This document shows, one piece after another, positions 52,051 through 62,236 of a stretch of 64,000 bases of DNA. The notes beneath the pieces were generated by a model. The model had not been told where the DNA came from and ran no database searches. It saw nothing but the letters and a program-made list of their open reading frames with translations. The number at the start of each line of letters is the position of its first letter. The stretch's first letter is position 1. The stretch lies in the NCBI GenBank assembly GCA_034520945.1, contig JAXHNB010000005.1:608001-672000 (forward strand). Direction: 5' to 3'. Source of the DNA: Trueperaceae bacterium (GTDB lineage Bacteria > Deinococcota > Deinococci > Deinococcales > Trueperaceae). A program made the translations under genes and the position numbers.

Positions 52051-53172
52051 ATGACCTTTGCGCTGGTCCTGCTCGTGCTCACCGCCTACGTGGGCGGCTT
52101 GGCCTGGTTCGCGCTGCGCTGCCCGCGCCTCCAACCGCGCGAGGCCGCCCCCGCGGACGCGGGGTGCGTGTCGGTGCTGATCCCGGCACGCAACGAGGCG
52201 CCCGCCATTGCCGGGGCCGTACGCTCGGCGCTGGACCAGGGCGCCGTGGTGGGCGAGATACTGGTGGTGGACGACGGTTCCACCGACGGCACGCCCGAGG
52301 TGGTGCGCGATCTTCATCGCCGGGAGGAACGCGTGCGGTTGCTGCAGTCGCCGCCGTTGCCGCCCGGCTGGCACGGCAAGGCGCACGCGTTGGCGCACGG
52401 CAGCGCCCAGGCCCACGGCGCCTGGTTGCTGTTCGTCGACGCCGACACGCGCGCGTCGTCGGGCGCGTTGGCGGCCAGCCTGGAAGAGGTTCGCCGTCAA
52501 AAGGCCACCTTTCTGTCGCTGTGGCCCCGCCAACGCACGGCGTCGTTCTGGGAGCGCGCCGTCCAACCGGTCGTGATCGGGATCACGGCGGTGGGCAACG
52601 CCCTCAGGCGCCTGTGGGGACCGCCGTTTCCCGTCGCGTTGTCGGCCTGGGGCGTGTTCATTCTGGTGCGTGCCGAGGCGTACCGGCGGGTGGGGGGGCA
52701 TGCCACCGTGCGCGACCGGATCCTGGAGGACAGCGAACTGTGCGACGCATTTCGCGCCGCCGGCGAGCACGCGGTGACCTTCGATGGGCACCGCCTGGTG
52801 TCGGTCCACATGTACGAGGGACTCGGCGATCTTTGGGAGGGATGGCGCAAGAACCTGTTTCCGAGCCTGGGGTCGTCCCTCATCGCCACCCTCGGGGTGG
52901 TCGCCTTCGTGCTGCTGGTCACCTGGGGCCCCGTGTTGGGCCTCGGGGCCGCCCTGCTCGGGGCGGGTCCGGCGTGGCCGTGGACGATTCCGCTGGCGCT
53001 CCAGGTGCTGGCTGCAGGGCCGTTGACCGCCCGGTTGGTGGACGCCCCGCCACTCCTGGCCGTGTCCCCGCTCGGGGGCGCTGTCTACGCCGCGATGCTG
53101 CTCGCGTCCGCGTACGCGCACGTCACGCGGCGGGGCGTGTCGTGGAAGGGCCGCAGCTACGGCGGGACGTAG
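52051..53172 (+). CDS. Membrane GT2 glycosyltransferase (lipid-acceptor type, CrtQ/HpnB-like)
   Basis: N-terminal TM; VSVLIPARNE, VDDGSTDGT, PPGWHGKAHA, FVDAD, LED, GWRKN, WKGR. Confidence 0.88.
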   Translation: MTFALVLLVLTAYVGGLAWFALRCPRLQPREAAPADAGCVSVLIPARNEAPAIAGAVRSALDQGAVVGEILVVDDGSTDGTPEVVRDLHRREERVRLLQSPPLPPGWHGKAHALAHGSAQAHGAWLLFVDADTRASSGALAASLEEVRRQKATFLSLWPRQRTASFWERAVQPVVIGITAVGNALRRLWGPPFPVALSAWGVFILVRAEAYRRVGGHATVRDRILEDSELCDAFRAAGEHAVTFDGHRLVSVHMYEGLGDLWEGWRKNLFPSLGSSLIATLGVVAFVLLVTWGPVLGLGAALLGAGPAWPWTIPLALQVLAAGPLTARLVDAPPLLAVSPLGGAVYAAMLLASAYAHVTRRGVSWKGRSYGGT

Positions 53173-53236
53173 GGGCCCGCCTCGGGTGGGGCGCTTCAGG
53201 CAGCGTGCGGCCGGGGCTCCGCGGGCCGCGACGGAC

Positions 53237-54286
53237 TCATGTCGGCGGCGGGGCCTCGTCCGGTTCGTCAGGCCCGTCGACCTCGGCCGGTTCGTCCGGG
53301 CCCGCCGGCGGGCCGCCGTGCCGCGCCCACAGGTAGCCCCCCAGGGGCGGCCCGATCAGGAACAGGGCGTAGTGGCTGATCAAGCGCCACACCACCACCG
53401 CACCGACGACGCCGCCGCGCGCGCCCTGCGCCACCAGCGCCAGCGACGCCCCGAACTCGAAGAAGCCGCTGCCGCCGGGGGTGGGCACGACCGAACCCAA
53501 CCCGGCGACCAGCACCAATGCGGCGATGACCGTCCACGGGTCGACGGGCAGCCCGAAGCCGCGCGCGGACGCCCACAACACCGCGAAGAACGCCCCCCAC
53601 GACGCGGCCACCAGCAGGTGAAACCGCGCGTGCCAGCTCCACGGGGCGCCGTGCAGCAGCCCGTGCGCCTCCAGCAGGTTCGTCAGGAAGCGTTCCACCC
53701 CTTCGCGGTGGCGCGCGAGGCGGCCGCGCAACGCCCAGCGGGACAGCGGCAGCGCCCACGCCAGGCGGAAGGCCAGCAGGTAGGCGACGGCCAGGCCGCC
53801 CACGCTGACGATGAGCCCGGCGGTGCGCAGGACGACCGGGTTCGGCAGCGTGACGCTGCGGTCCAGCACCAGCAACGCCACGGGGAGCGACCAGCCGTAG
53901 AACACCGTGTCGGCGGCGATGGCGGCGACGCCGCTCGACCAGGCCGTTCCCGACGGCACGCCCTGGCGGGTCAGCGACAGCGCAAGCGCCGGCATGCCGC
54001 CGCTCCCGCCCGGCGTCACGGTGCTGGCGAACAACCCCAGCACGTGGCAGCGCACCGCGTGCCGCAGCCGCAGCGGCGCCCCGGTGCGCCGCACCAGCAT
54101 CGCCAGGCGCATCCCCGCGAACAGGAACGATGCCAACAGGAACCCCAACGCCGCCGCCAACCACGGCAGCTCGATGCGGGAGAGGTGCTGCAGCTCCTCC
54201 ACGCCGAGCCAGGCGACCACCCCCGCCAACGCGGCGCCGCCGATCAGGAACGACGCCACCAGGGCGCGGATCACCGTCCCTGTCAC
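53237..54286 (-). CDS. Lysylphosphatidylglycerol-synthase-TM (flippase-like) membrane protein
   Basis: About 8 TM; VTPGGSGGMP, PTPGGSGFFE, VVVWRLISHY. Confidence 0.85.
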   Translation of the reverse strand: MTGTVIRALVASFLIGGAALAGVVAWLGVEELQHLSRIELPWLAAALGFLLASFLFAGMRLAMLVRRTGAPLRLRHAVRCHVLGLFASTVTPGGSGGMPALALSLTRQGVPSGTAWSSGVAAIAADTVFYGWSLPVALLVLDRSVTLPNPVVLRTAGLIVSVGGLAVAYLLAFRLAWALPLSRWALRGRLARHREGVERFLTNLLEAHGLLHGAPWSWHARFHLLVAASWGAFFAVLWASARGFGLPVDPWTVIAALVLVAGLGSVVPTPGGSGFFEFGASLALVAQGARGGVVGAVVVWRLISHYALFLIGPPLGGYLWARHGGPPAGPDEPAEVDGPDEPDEAPPPT

Positions 54287-55455
54287 GGAGATGCCTCGGC
54301 CGGGGTCAGGAACCGTCGCAGCAGCCACGACGCCACATCGGGGCCGCCGTTGCGGAGATCCAGGGCGGCGATGGCATGTCGCCAGCCGTCCAGAGCGTCG
54401 GGGTGGGCGGCGAAGCCGGCGATCAGCTCGGCCAGGGCCCGGGGCCGCCGCGCCAGGGTGCCGACGCCGGCGCGGACCACGTAGTCCGCGATCGCCTTCT
54501 CGTTGGCGGCGGCGTAGCCGGTGTGTACGACCGGCCGGCCGCTCAACAACGCCTCGAAGGTCGACGCCGGCCCCGCCTTGCCGATCAGCAGGTCGGCGGC
54601 GCAGGTGAGGCGCCGCATGTCGCTGCGGAACCCCAACGGCACCACGCGGGTCGGCCCCTCCTCCGAGGCGTCACGCGCCAGGCGGGCGCGCAGCGCCTCG
54701 TTGCGGCCGCACGCCGCCAGCACGGTGACGGGGACGCCCTGGGCGCGAAGGCGGGCCACGGTGGCGTGCAGCGGCCCGCCGATCCCCTCGCCTCCGGCCG
54801 ACCACAACACCGTGAATCGCCCGGGATCCAAGGACAACGCCCGCCGCGGCGCGGCGGCGTCCGGACAGGGCCCGTCGAACTCGGGACGCGCCACGAAGTC
54901 GAAGCGGGCGATCTTGTCCTCCGGGACGCCGTGGCGGGCCAGGTCGGCGGCGGCGCGGCGGCTGAACACCACCATGGCGTCGACGTGCGGTTCGGCCCAC
55001 AAGGCGTGGGCGTCCATCGCGTCGGGGTTCACGCCCACCACCGGGACGTTCAGGCCGTGGCGCCGCCGCGCCAACGCCAGCGCCTGCACCGTGAAGAAGT
55101 GGGTGGCCACGACCAGGTCGAAGCGGTGCGTCCGCAGGTACGCCGCGGCGTGGCGGGCGTGCGCCGCCAGCATGGCGCCCTGCACGGCGCGGCTGATGCG
55201 GGCCGGCACCACCTCGTCCAGGGCGCGCTGTCCCAGGTAGGCGGCGGCCGGTGCGCGCAGCATCCAGCGCCAGGACGCCTTGTGCCGCCGGTCCAGGCCC
55301 GTGTCGCCCACCGCGGCGGTGAAGTCCAGCACGGCGCTGTCCACGCGGCCCGGCGCTTCGCGCTCGACCCACGCCGACAGCGCCTCCGCCGAGGTTCGGT
55401 GCCCGTTCCCGACGGTGATCATGGCGAACAGGACGCGGGGTCGGCCCGCGCTCAC
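54283..55455 (-). CDS. MGDG-synthase/UgtP-like GT28 glycosyltransferase
   Basis: VGNGHRTSAEAL, DLVVATHF, HALW, GGEGIG, CGRNEAL, ADLLIGKAGPAST.EA. Confidence 0.88.
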   Translation of the reverse strand: MSAGRPRVLFAMITVGNGHRTSAEALSAWVEREAPGRVDSAVLDFTAAVGDTGLDRRHKASWRWMLRAPAAAYLGQRALDEVVPARISRAVQGAMLAAHARHAAAYLRTHRFDLVVATHFFTVQALALARRRHGLNVPVVGVNPDAMDAHALWAEPHVDAMVVFSRRAAADLARHGVPEDKIARFDFVARPEFDGPCPDAAAPRRALSLDPGRFTVLWSAGGEGIGGPLHATVARLRAQGVPVTVLAACGRNEALRARLARDASEEGPTRVVPLGFRSDMRRLTCAADLLIGKAGPASTFEALLSGRPVVHTGYAAANEKAIADYVVRAGVGTLARRPRALAELIAGFAAHPDALDGWRHAIAALDLRNGGPDVASWLLRRFLTPAEASP

Positions 55456-56438
55456 ATCCATCCCTGTTGGGCGTACCACGCGGCCGTGGCCCGCGCCCCG
55501 TCCGCCAACGCGGTGGGCGCGGTCCACCCGAACGCGTCCATGGTCGAGGCGACCTCGGTGGTGTAGCTCCGTTCCGCCAGGTCGCGTGCGCGGCGAAGGT
55601 CCAGCTCGGGGGCGGTGCCGCGCAGCCACGCCCAGGTCTCGCTGGCGTAGGCGGCGAAGCGGAACGCGACCGGCGGGAGGTGCACCGTGCGCACGGCGTC
55701 GCGGCCGACCGCGGCGGCGAGGAGCGCCGGCAGGTCGCGCCAGGCGTATGCCCGTGGTTCGGCGACCGGCCAGGGGCCGAAGCCGGTCGCATCGGACGCC
55801 AACACGCGGGCCACCAGCTCGGCGACGTCGTCGACGTAGACCGGCTGCACCCGCCCGCCGCCCGGGGGGAGCGCCAGCACGCCGCGGCGCGCCAGCGCGA
55901 ACAGGGGCAGCAGGTCGCGGTCGCCCGGGCCGTACACGGCGCTGGGCCGCAGCGACGCCGCCCAGCCCGCCGGTGCGAGCGCCTGCACCTGCCGCTCCCC
56001 CTCTAGCTTGCTGCGGGCGTAGGCGCTGCGCGGCGCGTCGCCCGGGCTGGCCCGCACGGTCGTGCCCGCGTCGCCGGCGACCGGGTCCGGGCCGCGGGCG
56101 GCCAGGCTGCCCAGGTACACGAACCGCCCGGCGCCTGCGTCCAGGGCGGCACGCGCCAGGCGGGCGCTGCCGTCCGCGTTGGCGGCGTGCAGCGCCGCCT
56201 CGCTGCGGGCGCGGGTCAGGCCGGCGGCGTGCACCACCGCGTCCACGCCGTGGCAGGCCGCCCGCAGCGCCGCCTCGTCCGACAGGTCGGCCAGGACGTG
56301 CTCGGCCGGAACCCCCGCCAGGCGCCCGGCATCGCTGCCGCGGCGCAGGGTGACGCGCAGCGCCACGCCGCCTTGTGCCAGGCGGGCCGCCACCCGCGCG
56401 CCGACGAAGCCGGTCGCGCCCGTCAGCAGCACCTTCAC
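55452..56438 (-). CDS. NAD-dependent epimerase/dehydratase (extended SDR); candidate ceramide reductase
   Basis: TGATGFVG, HAAG, YARSK catalytic motif, RPSAVYGPGD. Confidence 0.85.
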   Translation of the reverse strand: MKVLLTGATGFVGARVAARLAQGGVALRVTLRRGSDAGRLAGVPAEHVLADLSDEAALRAACHGVDAVVHAAGLTRARSEAALHAANADGSARLARAALDAGAGRFVYLGSLAARGPDPVAGDAGTTVRASPGDAPRSAYARSKLEGERQVQALAPAGWAASLRPSAVYGPGDRDLLPLFALARRGVLALPPGGGRVQPVYVDDVAELVARVLASDATGFGPWPVAEPRAYAWRDLPALLAAAVGRDAVRTVHLPPVAFRFAAYASETWAWLRGTAPELDLRRARDLAERSYTTEVASTMDAFGWTAPTALADGARATAAWYAQQGWM

Positions 56439-56466
56439 GGCCCGATCGTCCCGGCGTGCCGGCGCG

Positions 56467-57576
56467 TCACAGCGCCTTCTGGTACAGGCGGTAGGTCTTG
56501 TACACCTCGGCGCCCAGCAGCCGCAGGCCCTTGTTGATCGGCTCGTTGTCCTCCAGGATCCAGGACAGCTCCGCCTGGCGGTAGCCCGCCACCTCGCCGC
56601 GGCGCCAGATCTCGTCGATCAGCACCAGCTCCAGGCCACGATTGCGGTGGGGCGGAAGCACGCCCAGCAACGCCAGGCGGAGCTGGTAGATGATCCGTTT
56701 GCGGCGCAGCAACGGCACGATCCCGAACGGCACGATCCGCCCGTGAAAGCGGGCCAGCACCTGGTTCAGGTTCGGCAGCGCCAGGGCCATGCCGACCACC
56801 TCGCCGTCCAGTTCCAGGAACAGCACGATCCGCGGGTCCAGCACCATTTTGAGGGTGTCGGCCAGGTGCGCGAACTCGGCGTCGGTGTAGGGCACCTGGC
56901 CCCAGTTGTCCTCCCAGGCCTGGGCGTACAGGCGGTGCACCGTGGCCAGTTCATGGTCCCAGTCCTCCAAGCGCACCTGCCGCACCACTGCGCCGGTGCG
57001 CCGCCGCGCGCGTTCCGCCAACCGCACGAACCGCTCGGGGATGCCGTACTCGCTGCGCGCCTCCCAGGCGCAGAGGTCCTTCACCTTGGCGAAGCCGCGG
57101 GCTTCGACCCAGGCGGGATACGAGGGGGGGTTCCACGGCATCATCACGTACGGCGGCAGGTGATGCGCGTCCACCTGCAGCCCGGCGCTGTCGTTCAGTG
57201 ACGGGTTGGCCGGCCCCCGCAACGCCGTGCGGCCCAGCGCCCGCGCCCGGTCCTCGGCGGCGTCCAGCAAGGCGGCGGCCACCTCCTCGTCCTCGGCCTC
57301 GAAGAAGCCGAAGAAGGCGAGGTCGTCGCCGTGAATCCGGTTGTGCAGGTCGTCGTCGATGACGGCGACGCGCCCCACCGGTCGTCCCGACCGTTCGGCC
57401 AGGAACAGGTCCATGCGGGCGTGCTCGAAGAAGGGGTTGCGCGTTTCGTCCAACGTCTCGCGTTCGGCCATGCGCAGTGGCGCCACGAAACCGGGCGTGC
57501 CGCGGTGCAGGCGCACGGGCAGGTCCAAGAAGCGCGCCCGGTCGCGGCGGCCCTCGGCGCGCCGTACGGTGGTCAC
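56467..57576 (-). CDS. GNAT-fold acyltransferase resembling bacterial ceramide synthase (bCerS)
   Basis: NPFFEHA...FLA...GRPVGRVA...D..HN..H....FFGFFE, LRGP.NPSLND..GL, MMPWNP..Y, K.KDL, AW..NWG.VP.T..EF, LPNLNQ, ELSWILEDN..IN, YKTYRLY. Confidence 0.75.
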   Translation of the reverse strand: MTTVRRAEGRRDRARFLDLPVRLHRGTPGFVAPLRMAERETLDETRNPFFEHARMDLFLAERSGRPVGRVAVIDDDLHNRIHGDDLAFFGFFEAEDEEVAAALLDAAEDRARALGRTALRGPANPSLNDSAGLQVDAHHLPPYVMMPWNPPSYPAWVEARGFAKVKDLCAWEARSEYGIPERFVRLAERARRRTGAVVRQVRLEDWDHELATVHRLYAQAWEDNWGQVPYTDAEFAHLADTLKMVLDPRIVLFLELDGEVVGMALALPNLNQVLARFHGRIVPFGIVPLLRRKRIIYQLRLALLGVLPPHRNRGLELVLIDEIWRRGEVAGYRQAELSWILEDNEPINKGLRLLGAEVYKTYRLYQKAL

Positions 57577-57660
57577 GGGCGTGGTCCCGCCACGCGCGGC
57601 GACGGTCCCCCGCGGCGCTCGGCGGGCGAGGGGGCGCGCCGGGTGGGGCCGGGCCGCGGG

Positions 57661-58917
57661 TCAGACCACGCCAAGGGCGCGCCCGACCCTCTCGAAGGCT
57701 TCGAGCAGTTGGTCCAACTGTGCATCGGTGTGGTTCGCGTTCACGCTGGTGCGAATGATCGACTTGCCCTGCGGCACGCCGGGAGGCAGGGCGGGGGTGG
57801 TGAACACGCCCGCGTCCCACAGGCCGCGCCAGAACCGCATGGTGGTGTCGTCGTCCCCGATCAGGGCCGGCACGATCGGGGTGCGGCTCCCCAGCGTGTC
57901 GAACCCAAGGCCATCCAGGCCGGTGCGGAGCTTGGCGACGTTGTCCCACAGCCGGTCGCGGTGCCACGGTTCGGTCTCGATGATGTCCAGCGCCTTCAGG
58001 GCGGCCGCCATCTGCATGGCGGGCAGCGCGGCGGTGAACATGAACGGCCGGGCATGGTGCTTGACGTAGTTCACGACCTTGGCCGGGCCCGCCATGAACC
58101 CGCCGACCGATCCGAACGCCTTCGAGAAGGTGCCCACGATCAGGTCCACCTCGGCCTCGAGGCCGAAGTGTTCGGCGGTGCCGCGCCCGTGGGCGCCCAG
58201 AACGCCGGTGGCGTGCGCATCGTCCACGATGAGGCGGGCGCCGTACCTTCGCGCGACCTCGACCAGTTCGGGCAGCGGCGCCACGTGACCGCTCATCGAG
58301 AACACGCCGTCGGTGACGATGATGCGGCCGCCGGGGCGGTCGACGTCCCGCTCCAGCAGGCGAGCGAGGTCGTCGACGTCGCCGTGGTCGTACTTGCGCA
58401 ACGACCCGAAGCTCAGCCGGGCGCCGTCGTACAGGCAGGCGTGGTTCTCGCGATCGAAGTACAGCACGTCGTGTCGGCCCGCCAGCGCGGCGATGACCGC
58501 CAGCGCCCCCAGGTAGCCGGCGCTGAAGGTCAGCACCGACTCGCGCTGCAGGAACACCGCCAGGCGTTGTTCCAGCGTGTGATGCAACGACAGCGTCCCC
58601 GTCAGAAAGCGCGAGCCGGTGCAGCTGGTGCCGAACCCGTTCAGCGCGTCGCGGGCCGCGGTCTTGAGGCGCTCGTCCTGCGTCAGCCCGAGGTAGTCGT
58701 TCGAGCCGGAAATCACCATCTCGCGGCCGTCGACGACCACCGTGCCGCCCTGCTGGGACTCGATCACCTTGAAGTAGGGGTGCAGCCCCGCCCGTTCGGC
58801 CCATTCGGCGCGCGTGAACGCGAACGCCTTGGCGAACGCGTCCTCGGCGGCACGCCCATCGGCGCCGGTGCGCTCGGGATGTGCGGTCGTCGGGGAAAAC
58901 TCGCGAGCGTCAGACAA
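57661..58917 (-). CDS. PLP-dependent alpha-oxoamine synthase, serine palmitoyltransferase-like
   Basis: GGAGG then TTG 58917; PYFKVIES, GSNDYLGL, GTSCTGSRFLTGT..LH..LE, NHAC.YDG, DGVFSM.G, DDAH..GVLG..GRG, GTFSKAFGSVGGF, ARPFMFTAA. Confidence 0.85.
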   Translation of the reverse strand: MSDAREFSPTTAHPERTGADGRAAEDAFAKAFAFTRAEWAERAGLHPYFKVIESQQGGTVVVDGREMVISGSNDYLGLTQDERLKTAARDALNGFGTSCTGSRFLTGTLSLHHTLEQRLAVFLQRESVLTFSAGYLGALAVIAALAGRHDVLYFDRENHACLYDGARLSFGSLRKYDHGDVDDLARLLERDVDRPGGRIIVTDGVFSMSGHVAPLPELVEVARRYGARLIVDDAHATGVLGAHGRGTAEHFGLEAEVDLIVGTFSKAFGSVGGFMAGPAKVVNYVKHHARPFMFTAALPAMQMAAALKALDIIETEPWHRDRLWDNVAKLRTGLDGLGFDTLGSRTPIVPALIGDDDTTMRFWRGLWDAGVFTTPALPPGVPQGKSIIRTSVNANHTDAQLDQLLEAFERVGRALGVV

Positions 58918-59150
58918 GAAGGCCTCCAGCGCCGGTCGCCCCCGGCGAACGGGGCATGATAGCACGCACCCATCGACGTTCCGTGTGGGCGGATCGTCCA
59001 GGGACGCCGGCTCGGCGTGACGGGGACGCGCCCCGCCGGCGCTGCCCGGCCGTTTCCGGCACGTGCCGTGCGGCGCGGCACCCGGCCGCTGGCAGCCGGT
59101 ATAATCAAAGCAGTGAACGGATTCGATGCGATTTCGTCGAAGGGGGGACG

Positions 59151-59702
59151 ATGGAAGCTTCCGCCCAGGTGACGGCGCCTGGCGTGTCGTTGCGGCCCAC
59201 GGGGCCGGACGACACCGAGCGCGTCCACGCCCTGTACCTGTCGGTTCCCAGCTACTTCGACGTCCTGAACGCGCCCGTGCCCTCCGCCGAAGAGGTCCGG
59301 ACCGAGCTCGAGGCGGCCGCGGGCGATCCAAGGCGCCGCACCGAGCTGATCTTGTTGCACGACGACCCTTCGCCGGCCACGCCGGACCCGGACCCGCACA
59401 CCGGGGCATGGGTGGCGGGCTACCTGGATGTCACCCTCGACTACATCGAGGAGGGGGACGCCACCGTCAACCTGTTGCTGGTGCGCACCGACCTGCAGCG
59501 CCGCGGCATCGGCGCGGCCTGCATGCGGGCGTTGGAGGAGCGCCTTCAGGGGCGGGCGACCCGTGTCTTGGCCAGCGTGTACGGGAGCAACCCCGGGGCG
59601 CGGCGGTTCTGGCATCAGCTCGGCTACCGGTTCGCCATCGATGCGGCGCCGGTATTGGCGTGGTACGCCAAGCGGATCGTGCCCTCGGCGACGCCCGGCT
59701 GA
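59151..59702 (+). CDS. GNAT family N-acetyltransferase
   Basis: LLLVRTDLQRRGIG motif A and N..ARRFW..LGY; TATAAT at 59100-59105 upstream. Confidence 0.85.
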   Translation: MEASAQVTAPGVSLRPTGPDDTERVHALYLSVPSYFDVLNAPVPSAEEVRTELEAAAGDPRRRTELILLHDDPSPATPDPDPHTGAWVAGYLDVTLDYIEEGDATVNLLLVRTDLQRRGIGAACMRALEERLQGRATRVLASVYGSNPGARRFWHQLGYRFAIDAAPVLAWYAKRIVPSATPG

Positions 59703-59832
59703 GGCGGGTGCGGCGGCGCGACACGTGCCCCGGGCCGGTCGGGACGGCCGGGGGCGAGGTGATAGACTGCGCCAGACGAACCGTGCATGTGTCGGGCGCG
59801 TGCGCGCCCGTTTCCAGTGGAGGCAACCTCTG

Positions 59833-60389
59833 ATGATCAGTGTGACGGATTTGCGGGGCGGTACCAAGGTCGAGATGGACGGGGGGCTCTGGGAGTGCCT
59901 CGAGTCCCAGCACCAGAAGATCGGTCGGGGTGGGGCCAAGGTGGTCGCGAAGTTCCGCAACCTCGAGACCGGCGCCACCAAGGATCGCACCTTCAACGCA
60001 GGCGACAAGCTGCAGGACGTGTTCATCGACTACCGGCCCATGCAGTACCTGTTCCACGACGGCGACCTGTACACCTTCATGGACACGGAGACCTTCGAGC
60101 AGCCCTCCCTGAGTCGTGCGCAGCTCGGGGACGCCGCCAAGTGGCTGAAGCAGAACACCGAGGTCACGGTGGACTACCATCGCGGCAAGCCGCTCAAGGT
60201 CACCCTCCCGAACGTCGTCGAGGTCACCGTCACCGAGACGGACCCCGGCATGAAGGGCGACACCGTCTCGGGCGGCAGCAAGCCCGCCAAGGTCGAGACG
60301 GGCGCGACGGTGTCGGTGCCGCTCTTCCTGGAGCAGGGCACCGTGATCAAGGTGGATACGCGCACCGGCGAGTACCTAGGAAGGGCCTG

Positions 60390-60390
<1 letters not shown>
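59833..60390 (+). CDS. efp: Elongation factor P
   Basis: [57 protein letters not shown]. Confidence 0.97.
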
Positions 60391-60881
<491 letters not shown>

Positions 60882-60884
60882 GCC

Positions 60885-62219
60885 GTGTTCAAGAAGATTC
60901 TCATCGCCAATCGGGGCGAGATCGCGCTCCGGATCCTCCGCGCGGCGCGCGAGTTGGGCGTCCGGACGGTGGCGGCCTACTCCGAGGTGGACGTGAACAG
61001 CCTGCCGGTGCTGTTGGCGGACGAGGCGGTGTGCATCGGGCCCACCCGCGCGAGCGGGTCGTACCTCAACGTGCGCAACCTCCTGTCGGCCGCCCTGGTG
61101 ACCGGGTGCGAAGCGGTCCATCCCGGCTACGGCTTCCTGGCCGAGAACGCCGAGTTCGCCGAGAAGTGCGAGGAGCACAACCTGGTGTTCATCGGGCCGC
61201 GCCCGGAGACGATCCGCCGCATCGGCGACAAGGCCAGCGCACGGGCGTTGGCGCAGGAGGCGGGCGTGCCCCTCACGCCCGGCTCGGGCGCGCTGACCGA
61301 CGTGGAGGATGCGCGCCGCTACGCGGACGACATCGGCTACCCCGTCATCCTCAAGGCGTCCGCCGGCGGCGGGGGGCGCGGCATGCGGGTGGCGCAGAGC
61401 GGCAAGGACCTCGAGCGGCAGTTCGTCCATGCGCGCGAGGAGGCGCGCGAAGCGTTCGGGAACCCGGAGATGTACCTCGAGAAGTACCTCGAAGAGCCCA
61501 AGCACGTCGAGATCCAGGTGTTCGGGGACGGCGAAGGGAACGTGATCCATTACTTCGATCGCGACTGCTCGATCCAGCGCCGCTACCAGAAGGTCCTGGA
61601 GGAGGCGCCCAGCATCCTCGACCCGGGCTTGCGGCACGACATCGCCGAGGCGGCGGTATCGCTGGCGCGGCACATCCACTACCGCGGGGCCGGCACCTGC
61701 GAGTTTCTGGTCGACAAGCACGGCGCCTTCTTCTTCAGCGAGATGAACACGCGCATTCAGGTGGAACACCCCGCCACCGAGTTGGTGACGCGGTCCGACC
61801 TGGTGCGGGAGCAGTTCCTGGTCGCCGCCGGCGAGGGGATGTCGTGGACGCAGGACGACGTGCGCGTCGAGGGGCACGCGATCGAGGTCCGCATCAACGC
61901 GGAGGACCCTGACCGCGATTTCCGCCCGTCGGCGGGGACGGTGACGGACGTGCACTGGCCGGGCGGGCCGGGCATCCGGGTCGATTCGCACATCTACGCC
62001 GGGTACCGTGTGCCGCCGAGCTACGACAGCCTGATCGCCAAGATCCTCTCGTGGGCGCCCGATCGGGAGCGCGCCATCGCCCGCATGGAGCGCGCCTTGC
62101 GGGAGACGGTGATCGAGGGCGTGACCACGACCATTCCGTTCCACTTGCGGGTGTTGGACAATGCCTTCTACCGTAGGGGCGCGGTGTACACCAACTTCAT
62201 CGCGCGCAGGCTCACCTGA
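60885..62219 (+). CDS. accC: Acetyl-CoA carboxylase biotin carboxylase
   Basis: ILIANRGEIA, HPGYGFLAEN, GGGGRGMR, EMNTRIQVEHP, RINAEDP, YDSLIAK. Confidence 0.98.
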   Translation: MFKKILIANRGEIALRILRAARELGVRTVAAYSEVDVNSLPVLLADEAVCIGPTRASGSYLNVRNLLSAALVTGCEAVHPGYGFLAENAEFAEKCEEHNLVFIGPRPETIRRIGDKASARALAQEAGVPLTPGSGALTDVEDARRYADDIGYPVILKASAGGGGRGMRVAQSGKDLERQFVHAREEAREAFGNPEMYLEKYLEEPKHVEIQVFGDGEGNVIHYFDRDCSIQRRYQKVLEEAPSILDPGLRHDIAEAAVSLARHIHYRGAGTCEFLVDKHGAFFFSEMNTRIQVEHPATELVTRSDLVREQFLVAAGEGMSWTQDDVRVEGHAIEVRINAEDPDRDFRPSAGTVTDVHWPGGPGIRVDSHIYAGYRVPPSYDSLIAKILSWAPDRERAIARMERALRETVIEGVTTTIPFHLRVLDNAFYRRGAVYTNFIARRLT

Positions 62220-62236
62220 TGCGGGGAGAGGATGCC

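Noticed and set aside
57661..58917. Annotation as bioF or kbl
   Set aside because: No biotin genes or tdh nearby, and the neighbours are lipid-modifying enzymes; not fully excluded without a phylogeny.
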